This document shows, piece by piece, positions 54,190 through 64,000 of a DNA stretch of 64,000 nt. The notes below the pieces were generated by a model, which saw only the letters and a list, made by a program, of their open reading frames with translations, was not told the origin of the DNA and ran no database searches. The first letter of the stretch is position 1. The number at the start of each line of letters is the position of its first letter. Location of the stretch: contig NC_092675.1 of NCBI RefSeq assembly GCF_964355755.1, forward strand, positions 9,481,812 to 9,545,811, in the 5' to 3' direction. Source of the stretch: Antedon mediterranea (taxonomy: Eukaryota > Animalia > Echinodermata). The position numbers were made by a program, and so were the translations under genes.

Positions 54190-55434
54190 TTAATGCGGTG
54201 TTCCTGTTGCAAATCGTGTTTTTAAATCATGTAGAGCGTATGGCGAGTAATAAGCACCGGCTGGCAACGTAGGAATAGCGCCGATTGGTGCTGCAAGTGA
54301 ACCCCTGTAAGGGTGATACCGGACTGGGCTTAACGGTGAAGCATGTCCTGGTTTAGCAAGTCCAAGAGGTGTTGCAGATGGATGATATTGCATATAATAA
54401 GCTCCTAGTTGTGCGCTCAACGATGCAGCAAGTGGTGAACTCGGCGTTGTTTCGTTTGTATGTGAACGAAGATGTTGTAGAAGTTCTTCGCTGCTTGCAA
54501 AACGCTTGCCACAGCTTGTTGCACCAGATACCCAATTGCAAACATGATCACCCACAGAAGCGTGAAGTCCTTGGTGTGGTGCGTATAAGTAAGATGTTGC
54601 ACTTGATGAAATACTTGTAGGTAATGGATAAGCTGGTAAAGCACCACCAAACGGTAAGGCTACAGGTATAGCTCCACTAAGTCCAACACCGATTGGGTCA
54701 TGACGACACTGGGTACAAGAAGAAGAGTTTATTTGTGGTGTTTGTTGACAATTTGTACAATATGGATCTCTACAGATTGGCATCAGTGTGGTAGCTCCGT
54801 CAGCTGTTTTAACGCGGGCGTAAGCTGCTGCGTATGGCGATGCAGGTGAAACATGCCCTTCGTGGTGATGTTTGTGTGCCGACAGTGGGTCGCACGGAAT
54901 GTGTCCAACAATTTGAGAGTGGCAACCGCACGGTGCTACAGCAGCGGTTGGTGAAAGGTGCCCATGTTTGTAAGAAATGTGACTAGATGTAGACAATGCT
55001 GATAATGGTGTTGTTACAGTTTTTAATAGTCCTTCTCTTGATGCATCACAACCGCTGTGAGAATGTTCTTTATCTGGGGTTGAGTGCCTTGATGGAATAG
55101 GCGAAACAGCCTTTGGTTTAAGTGTAGGTGAAATCGAACTGCTACGAATAGCTTTTGGTTCGCTTAAGGTTGGAGAAGATGTACTTTTTCGATGAGTAGG
55201 TGTGGGGAATCCAATTTTTAGAATAGTAGCATCTCCTTCACGTTTTTCCGATTGCTTGTACGGTTTAAACGACGAGCATTTATCATCCATCCCTGCAGTA
55301 GGTTTTTCCGGTGAGCTTTTTCCATTTTGTGGTTCAAAAACGGACTTGTTTTCAGCATTATGTGGTGGATCTGGCTTACCAATGCTACTGCAAGTTTGTG
55401 CCAACAATGCGAGTGGACTCTTCTTTGCATCAAG
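54190..55434 (-). CDS. ZNF503: NET-family (Noc/Elbow/TLP-1; ZNF503/ZNF703/Nlz-like) zinc-finger transcriptional repressor, coding exon 2 (414 aa plus stop)
   Basis: After the acceptor ttttag| reads LDAKKSPLALLAQTCSSIGKPD (Sp motif), SSFKPY (Groucho-binding motif), CRDPYCTNC (Buttonhead box), single C2H2 finger CNWVSGATSCGKRFASSEELLQHLRSH, C-terminal RYHPY and YYSPYAL; TAA at 54190-54192. The symbol denotes the family; likely co-orthologous to ZNF503 and ZNF703. Confidence 0.96.
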   Translation of the reverse strand, partial: LDAKKSPLALLAQTCSSIGKPDPPHNAENKSVFEPQNGKSSPEKPTAGMDDKCSSFKPYKQSEKREGDATILKIGFPTPTHRKSTSSPTLSEPKAIRSSSISPTLKPKAVSPIPSRHSTPDKEHSHSGCDASREGLLKTVTTPLSALSTSSHISYKHGHLSPTAAVAPCGCHSQIVGHIPCDPLSAHKHHHEGHVSPASPYAAAYARVKTADGATTLMPICRDPYCTNCQQTPQINSSSCTQCRHDPIGVGLSGAIPVALPFGGALPAYPLPTSISSSATSYLYAPHQGLHASVGDHVCNWVSGATSCGKRFASSEELLQHLRSHTNETTPSSPLAASLSAQLGAYYMQYHPSATPLGLAKPGHASPLSPVRYHPYRGSLAAPIGAIPTLPAGAYYSPYALHDLKTRFATGTPH

Positions 55435-55876
55435 CTAAAATAGAAAATAATAAAATGGTAAATAAAATAGCTTGTACACATAAAAGGAAATTGGCTACGC
55501 TTCAAGTTTGTGACAGGATCACCTAGTTTTTTGGGAGTAATGAACGGCTTAAAAGAAAGTGACGAAAGCTACGCTTGACAGTTACAGTTTATATATAATA
55601 TTGACGGTTAATAATTGCCGTCTCTATACTTCATTCAACACCGTTCTTAATCTTAGTATTTAAAAAAAACAAACACCAAAATAGATGTTCAAGTTTTTAA
55701 CACAAATGTTTTGTAACATATGTATGTTCTTTTTACAAAATGCAGCATAATATACTCAACATATAATAAAAGCAGGTCTAAGATTAGAGAGATAATATCT
55801 AACTCGCAATGCCTATCCATATGTTAAGATATTTATTCTCAATATGTTTTAAAATAATAAACAAAAATAGACTTAC
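55435..55876 (-). other. Phase-0 GT-AG intron (442 bp) of the NET gene
   Basis: Donor TCG|GTAAGT (acttac at 55871-55876 on +); acceptor pyrimidine tract plus TAG|CTT (ct at 55435-55436 on +); splicing keeps the frame and joins EYLQPLDPLPS to LDAKKSPL as in NET proteins. Confidence 0.92.
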
Positions 55877-55966
55877 CGAAGGAAGAGGATCAAGTGGTTG
55901 TAAATACTCAGTATGCATGTAAGTTTGGGTACGAGTTGTAGATAACATATTCGAAACTAGCTTCAT
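55877..55966 (-). CDS. ZNF503: NET-family gene, coding exon 1: MKLVSNMLSTTRTQTYMHTEYLQPLDPLPS (start at ATG 55966 or ATG 55948; full protein 444 or 438 aa)
   Basis: Contains the NET N-terminal H-x-EYLQPL (LP) motif followed directly by a consensus donor; two in-frame ATGs. Confidence 0.88.
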
Positions 55967-56099
55967 TTGGTTGGTTTTGATCGAACAAAATTTTAACACG
56001 ATACGAACTCAACGATCTCTAGTAACAGAATGAGTTCTATACGGCCTGCCTGGCTGATTACACTACATCGACAGCCTTTCAATAACTGGTGATCTGATA

Positions 56100-56420
56100 G
56101 CGTTGGGCGTTTGAATGAGAATGCTTAGTCCGTTGAAAGCCACACAAGCCCTCCTCTACGTATGCCGCCCTTCTAGACAACAGACAGAAACACAAATTTG
56201 CCGACAACACTTCAAGTCAAACACTGAATTTACGGCAGGAGATGAAGAAATTTGCCGCAAGCCAATCAGCAATCGGCTTAGCGAGCATATCGCGGTGTGA
56301 TTGGCTGCTATCACGCTGTAGCTGTCACGAGCTGAAAATGATTGATGCCCATTGACAAGAGCTGTCGAAACGCAGCCAATCAGCGATTAGCTTTGAAACA
56401 GGCGTTGGCATCTGGCCAGT
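56100..56420 (-). promoter_or_regulatory. Probable proximal promoter of the NET gene with three CCAAT (NF-Y) boxes
   Basis: AGCCAATCA-type motifs at 56262-56266, 56300-56304 (ATTGG) and 56376-56380 in a GC/CpG-richer island 300-410 bp upstream of the ATG; no clear TATA box. Confidence 0.65.
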
Positions 56421-56739
56421 CGTGAAAGCCAGACTATAATCCATCAACTTCATGTCAACCTTGTCAATTTCGGCTGATTTATGTCGGGTTTTTGTTGTTG
56501 ATAACATGGCCTGAGTAATTTGAAAAACGGCATTTGAAAAGGGCTATGATTCTCAGAGATAAATCGTTCTCATAATCGCAATTAAAGAGTAACAACAAAG
56601 GGCGCCGCTCACGGTTTGAATGACAAGACTGTAGTTGTTGGTAGCTAGTATTTCTGTAGATGGAGCTCTCGAAGGTCAGACGGCCTTTGTACTAGCTTCA
56701 CTCTAGTCTTCCAGGTCGGGGGTATTGAGTTGAGCTGTC

Positions 56740-56930
56740 GGAGGACTTCAAAGGAACAACTTGCTGTGGCAATACTTTGGCTGTTATCAATCAATCAATC
56801 GGGAGCTGGATGTAGAGTGCACAAGATTGACAGGACGTGGAAGGAGATGACAAGCACAGTGTGACGGATAATGAAAATTAGCGGTGACTTCAAAGCAATA
56901 CTGCTTGAGCTAAAATGTTGTTCAAAGCGA
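56740..56930. promoter_or_regulatory. Cluster of TCF/LEF-type sites, proximal
   Basis: GACTTCAAAG at 56744 and 56886, TTCAAAG at 56921 (plus CTTTGAA at 56391). Confidence 0.5.
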
Positions 56931-59900
56931 TAAGTGCCAGTGGGTAGATTTTTTATATCGCTGGCGGTCCAATACTAAAAGATAAAACAATCCAAAGCTG
57001 AAGTGTTGGAGACGACAGGCCGTAAACATAAAAACCTCCTGTTTAACTAGGACAATCATATTTGTGGCCACACAAAATGACAGTGAGAAAGAGCGGCGTA
57101 TTTCATAACACAGCACCATATCGCCTGTATCAGACAAAATGTAATAGATTTATTTTTAAATTACCACGGTGATTAATAGTTATAATAGAACTTGACCACA
57201 ATTTACGATGGTGGTCCACAAATAATCCATCAGTATGATATTAAATACAATATTTTCAACAACACAATATGTTATGTTGTTAGAAAACAATGTTTTAAAT
57301 TACTTATGTAAATTGTTGCATACGGTTTACTCCGATTGATTACAAATTCATTGATCAATAGTTAATTTTCGGTTTCGTGTATTTCTGCCGACAAATAATT
57401 AGAAACCTATTACTAAAATAACCGATTGTTAATCGATTATTTATTGGCAGTATGAAATAATATAACAAATATTTTAATCAATATCACCCATAACTATACT
57501 ATCATGCCCTTAGGTAAGCCGATCATTCTTGTGAACAAAATAATTCTCGTGACAAACCATAAATTAACTTGCGTTTTTCCAATTATTAAAACTTATGTGA
57601 AAGCGCAGGTTTGGAAATCTATTTGGCTTTAATGTACTGCGATGGCAATGCACAATGATAGGGCGGATTATAATCTAGTCTAATTGATTCTAACCACTCA
57701 CTCACTGCTTGATTTAATTTAAACCTTAATTAGTAGAGAATTTCTAAGAGAAGATGACACATCAATATAGATAACAAATACTATATACTTTCATATATGA
57801 TTACTAGAAACTTTCATATTCCCATTACATTGCATAATAGGAAGATCCGAGACTGACACATCCAATGATAATGAAAAATACTAAATATGTTATATTAAAC
57901 AGAATGCATATAACATATTTCTATTACCGGTTATTATTAATGTTGTCACTTTTGTGACTGGCTAGTTTAAACACTTATTTGCTACAGGTAACGACAGATG
58001 GAATTTTGGTTAATTATTGGCGCTTTAAATTCCTCTGTGGATGCAATTTCTCTAGGCCCTGTTTGGTGACTTCCTCCCATGAGAAGCTCAAGACGCACAG
58101 CGTACATGTGCTTGAGAGCCTGTGACTTAGCGATATGACGTTCCTAAAGAACATGCTTAGAAAAAAATCATGATGAACGTAGGCTTAGCATAAAAAAAAA
58201 ACGAAGTAAACCGAATCTGTCGACACCATTCAAAAATTAAATACTCATGTATGACGATAATTACTAAAAACAACACTGTAAAAATCTGAGATAAGAGTTT
58301 ATTGGTTGTGATTAGTCTGCGACGTTATTCAATTATACTACACTTTGAATTTCCGTCGCACATCTTAGATTTCGCATAAAAAACACATTAAATTTACCAA
58401 AATGACCCGTTACACTAACCGGTTTATTTAAAAAAAGAATCATAAATATATTTGACACGTTCATTAACATTTAATTATTTCCATTTATGATTTAAAAAAA
58501 AAAATATGACTTTGCAAATGACTATACCTTACTAATAAATAATTGTGTGACTTCATACGTATCCCCCAGGTACGTGCAATGGTAGCAGGGGACACAGCAC
58601 GATGTGGACGTGTCGCAGTCACGAACACAACAAATAACTGTAATTTAGGCCTGTATTCCGCAGTTGAATGTTTCCAACTTAATTTATTTTCAATAACATT
58701 ACTCTTAAAGTTCACGGAAGGATTAATAATAGGTATAAAAACATTAAACAAACTTTATAAGAAATGAAATAGTTTGATTGGATTGCATTTACAGTAACTT
58801 TTATTTTTAGATTGCAAAATAAGTTATATATTAATACTTTTGTAACACCAGAGTTTCAACGATCGAAAGTCTACGTTTTTTTTTAACTAGTTGGAAAATT
58901 ATACAAAATAGCAGTAGTAGCTATGGCAATCAATTTACGAGACATTCAATCAAAAGTACATAAAGTAAATGATATAATGATCGGGAAGAAAAACCCTTTT
59001 TTAATTAAGAGGACAAATCAATTCATAACAGTACACTAAATTTGAAGTCGCACTAAAATGGATCGTTCGGGGCATGTGTCAGCTTCGGGTAAATTTTAAA
59101 ATCAATTAATCTTCGTTTTTTGTCAGCTGTCAAAAACTCTAGAAAACAAGAACACATTTCCTCAATGCTAAAGTGCTCGGGGAATCGGCAAAATTCGAAT
59201 GATTTTTATCGCTATGCACGCAAAGAAATATTGATAAGCTTTATTAAAAATGTACATATGTAGTGTCATGACATATGTCTAAACATATCAATATCATGCT
59301 CATGAATACGATAAACTAATTTTCCGCCTATCACAGAGTGTTCTATTTCATTCAAAACATTTTTTTTTTTCATTTGTATGTCAATATTGAATGTTAAATG
59401 GCCAATTTATTTCATTTTGAAAAAGTAAGTGATTTGAATAAATAAGTAGTATTATATATTTTCTCTGGATAACTGTTTAAAATCACCGTTGCAATTCGTT
59501 AACAATAATTTATGAATTGGTGAATGACAATTATTTACAGCCACGCAACTACGTAAGAACAATACATGGTACATTTTATCATGTTGATTATTGCGAAAGG
59601 CTTTTCTTATGGAAGCCTTTCTTTTCATTCATATATGTCGTTGAAATGTAGATTTGGCAATAAAGGAACGAGAATTAAAACATTAGGGTTATATTTTAAG
59701 AGCCCTTTCCTGTTTTGCTCCACTCTTCACTAGGCCTATGCTTTAAAAAAAAGTGTAGGCCTACTGTTGTATCGCCGTCAAGGCAAATACATAATATATA
59801 ACCGCGATTAAAGGTAAATTTGTATATATTCCTCAACCACGTCTCCTTCCACGATGTTTTGTTCTTGTTGGGCGGAAGTTGGATTTGTTTCAGGTTTATA

Positions 59901-60689
59901 AATCTTTTGGGTGTTTGCTAATAAATTCTTTTGGAAAAGCTGTTAAGTTATAATGGTCAGATATGCAGCTAATAAATTACTATGTAGTACTTTTTTTAGC
60001 TTTGGCGATAAACAACGTTTCAGACATTTTGATGAGGCGACATTATTAACGTACTTGCCTGTGTATTTTCACCGAAATTAACAGCTGTTTTTATGCAAAG
60101 TCATGTGTTCGCGTAGGAAGAGAGCGCTTGCCGATTTCAGTTCTCCTTTCTTGTGTTTTATGAGTTTCTCTGTTGAGTAAAATAAAAGCAAAATGTGTAT
60201 GTTTCGTGAAAGCCAGTTTTAACCGACTAGACCTCAAATACGGCCGCCTGAAACGACAGGGCGACGACAGCGCTGACTAGGCCAACATGGGAATAGGGAA
60301 AGCAGCTGGTGTTAAGATTAACAAGACGAGAAAATCATCTTCAATTTACTGTATTCTATTTGGCGCTAAGCAATTTCGACTGCTGCTCACACACGCTGCG
60401 TAATAACATCGTACTGTGTTTCCATCAAATTCTCTAATTTGGATTCAATTTACAGATTTATTTCAGGTTTGAGGAAATGGAAATTGTCTGATGGAATGTA
60501 TTTTGAAATATTTGACTTTCCTGTCCCCACAAGAAGTTGCTAAATCTACTAAACATGCTAGCACTTCTAAAGCTCCGTAATTAGGCGTAGTAGAGGATAT
60601 TGCCAAAGCCGCGTTGAACACACACGCACGTCAATCACACAAGCTAAGCTAACAGTCTGCTTTATAGATAAGCCACAACTAGTTAATTG

Positions 60690-61210
60690 CTCACAATGGC
60701 CGGTGACTTCAAAGAACGAATTAGGACTTTGTCCTCACTTAAAAAATACCGCCTTCTATTTCTTTCCTCTATAGACAGCTCGCCTTTTGAAAAATATCTT
60801 AATTCAACTCAGTGTACTTTCGTATTGAACACTATTAGCATAATCATTTGCTATTCTTTTGCTGATAATCCCTACTAACGAAGAAGCCGACTTCTTCCTC
60901 GCTAAGCCAAGCAAGGCGATATGCCAGTCAACTGCAGGCTAACATTATCGCTAGATTGAAGGGTGGTAAGGTCTTTTGTAAGTAGACAGCCAGGGCTCAG
61001 CAGGGTCCCTTTGAAGTCGACCGCCTCAAGTCCTCAATTAAACCCCGTAACTCGCTGAGTAAATCAACTGGCCTGTAAATGACAGCTTAAAGAACTGCTT
61101 ATTAGCCCCGACCGCCTCCTCTATTTATATTGCCCGATGGAGCGCGGTGGGCCATGCTAATGCGTTTTGACAGGCCTAAAACTAGAACTCTTTGATTAAG
61201 CCGCTACTTG
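60690..61210. promoter_or_regulatory. Candidate distal enhancer with TCF/LEF-type sites
   Basis: GC-richer, repeat-free block; GACTTCAAAG at 60705, CTTTGAAGTC at 61009, CTTTGAT near 61190. Confidence 0.45.
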
Positions 61211-64000
61211 GTATGGTGCTGATCTAAACCCGACTGAGCGACAAACCAGCTATTGCATAGCAATTGTTACGCTTTCACATCAACCAGTGAAACAACAAGA
61301 AAGTTCACGGGTAAACGAATAATTTTTGATAAATTGCTTTTGAGAAGTATGAATGATTTCTTTTTACCGACTTGGGATTGAATTATTGCCTGTCGTAGTT
61401 GTAATATATTATCAACAGCATGGTGTGTTTTTCTCTAACCCTGTTGATTTCCACTCGTGGGAAAACTGTGATGAATTTGTAAACAATTTAAAATAAGATT
61501 TCGATTGAAATTATGTCGTCTGTCTGTCGTCAGTCATTCTTGTCAATCTCTAAGGTTCGATAAAACATTTGTCGGAAATGGCTGCTAACTTATTAGACAT
61601 TTAAATCATTTTTATTTCTTAACCTTTAAATAATCTTCTAAAAATGAAACAAATAATAAAAGTTTATTATTATTATGTCAATAATAATTGCAATCATTAT
61701 GTTGATAGCTATGCCAATCGTAATGTAAGATTTGAATACTTAAATTACATTAAGATACCAATAATGTTTTTAGTACAATAAATTGAGTAGGTCTCAACGC
61801 ATCCTTTGTGCATTTCTACTCTCCGGGAAATCCAGGCTAATAAACCAATGTTAGTTTTGGTTAATATTGAAACTCCGTTATTTTTCTAAAAATCTAAAAA
61901 GAACATTTAGGCCTAAGCATGGTACATCACGATTGAATGTAATGTAAAGCTGTGAAGCCGGGAAAAATAGATTTAGGCCTACTGGTTTTTATTATTATTA
62001 TTATCATTCATTGTGTAGGCCTACGGGTAGTTTGTGTACACTGAAACGTTAATAATTATTTCACTTATCCACTCATTGAAATAGTTATTATCTTCAAATG
62101 TTATTTTAATGAATGGATGCAGAATTTATTTATATTCAAATGCAGATACTTAAATTAACAACCAAGCAAGAGAGTCCTTTTTTTTTATTGAACCCTGTAA
62201 TTGAACTGTAATTGAAGGATGCTTACAGAATGTCTATGGCCTACCAATGGAAATTGAAAGCTATTATAATTAATATATTTGTTTTAAGAGGGCACAAGGC
62301 CAATGAATTAAGAACAGAAAATTAAAGTGAACATTAGTGTATATTATTAATTACAATGCTTAATGGAAGTGTCTTTTAGTTGGAAATATCTAGGCTATTT
62401 CTAGCCTAATAATTAGTATAGGTGACAACCAGGACCTGTTTGTTAAGAAGTGTACGAAGAAAGAAAAGAACAGCAATCAACAATACAAGGCGGAAACAGA
62501 CCAATTCAGTAAGGGCAACCTCGAAGCAATGTTAGCCTCCTGCCTATTTTTTAGGGGTCCAATTCAGTTTTCTTCAGGCCTAAACAAGACAATTGTTTAA
62601 ATACTTTTAAATTGTGTCAAGGAAGGTGTGAACGTAAAGACAAAAATCCATCATTGTAAAAAAAATAAATGTTTGAGTGTACCGCCGATGGTTCCAGTTC
62701 TTACAACAAAACAATACTATGCCCTAACTATTGTCATATTAATAGGCCCATCACGTAGATGTGTTTGTTTCCATTCAAAATGCCAATCATGTTTAGACTA
62801 TAGCTTTGTCTTTTTCTATGGTATTTTAGGATGGAATTTCGGGGGTTTCTGTGACGCATAGTTCTAATTAATTAAAATTTGGACATGCCCCAATCTCAGC
62901 TTTCATGCCCAGGGACCGGTAAGTCTAAAATTTGCTTCATAAAATCATAAAATATGAACGTAAAAAAAAGAAATAAAAACTTGTGAGTTTTTCCACATTC
63001 TCGCTGTTAGTAAATTACCGGTATTTTTGCTGATTTTAATCTCAATTCCCCGCAATTCATAAACAGGAACTTTCATTGTTACCATATAAAAATAACCATT
63101 TCTTTCTTTATGATTTGCAATTTAATTTTTTGAATCTTAATTCCCTTTTTTTCTTATTCAGACGTAGTTTAATATTAAAAAAAATGCGAAAGTGCATTAT
63201 TATTAGCTAATTTTCGTAGTAGAAGATATTAATTATCCACACAATGTCGAAAGAACACTTTCCACAATAAGTGAAGTGCTTAAAATATTCCATTGATATT
63301 TTCCTCAACACCTAAAAATTACAAGTCATCTTATTATTTATTCCTCTTATACTGGTTATATCTTGATTGCACAAAAACATAGATTTATAAATAAGTTTAA
63401 ATTACGTTATATAAGATACAATGAAAGACAATATTTGTTTTTAATAAAGTTGGTTCATTCATTTTCCAAATTGAATTTGTTCAGACATTGCTTTATAAAA
63501 TGTTCATATTCACATTAAAGAATTTAAAATAAAACAAAATTATAACTGAATTTATAGATCATGTGTTCTTTACCTCGAAATTGGTGGACAACACAAAAAG
63601 TTTGTAACAATAATTTAGTAGAAAACGAGTTTCATTTTTTATTATTACAATGTCCATTATTTAATAATTTAAGAAACAATTACATCTTTTTACTTTAAAT
63701 TCCCTACGTTGAAAAATGTATTTATTAAATAATGTTAATTAAAACAGAAAACATATTATTTTAATCTTGCTAAGTTCATTTACTTTGCTTATAAAAAGAT
63801 AAAGCACAAATATTTTTTTTATATTATTATTTATATTGTTGAATTCGTGCCAATGACATATGCAGATAATAACTGATCTAAGCACTGTTCCAGGTATCTG
63901 AGTGAAGCATGTTTGAGAAGCATGCGTTACTTTCATGAATGTGATATGATGTAAGGAGATGCACATCTAATCATGGTGGATAAGATCTTTGTAAATTATA

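Noticed and set aside
54353-55526. Short ORFs overlapping the NET exon in other frames or strand
   Set aside because: Shadow ORFs of the real coding exon.
59595-59621. 9-bp hairpin followed by T-rich sequence, resembling an intrinsic terminator
   Set aside because: Intrinsic terminators are bacterial, and a stem this short is expected by chance in 64 kb.

Overview
AT-rich eukaryotic (metazoan, probably invertebrate deuterostome such as an echinoderm; this is inference) genomic DNA that is almost entirely non-coding. One protein-coding gene is well supported: a two-exon, minus-strand NET-family zinc-finger transcriptional repressor (Noc/Elbow/TLP-1; ZNF503/ZNF703-like) at 54190-55966, with a GT-AG phase-0 intron and a CCAAT-rich promoter. 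It is flanked by about 54 kb of gene desert on its 3' side. The desert holds TTAA-flanked Kolobok-type non-autonomous DNA transposons, PIF/Harbinger-type MITEs, tRNA-derived SINE relics, a Helentron/HINE-like end, several minisatellites and a near-perfect 399-bp tandem duplication. The most unusual observations are (i) strong enrichment of TA-N3/4-TA motifs (TAGGCCTA, TACCGGTA, TACCGTA) that look like transposon excision footprints, (ii) a 9x43-bp array made from the inside of a tRNA-like SINE head, (iii) a 123-bp (41-codon) satellite that looks like a decayed protein repeat, and (iv) four identical extended TCF/LEF sites upstream of the NET gene. No prokaryotic features, CRISPR array, rRNA or intact tRNA were seen, and I cannot claim a new multi-gene system from this window. 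All counts and alignments were done by eye.
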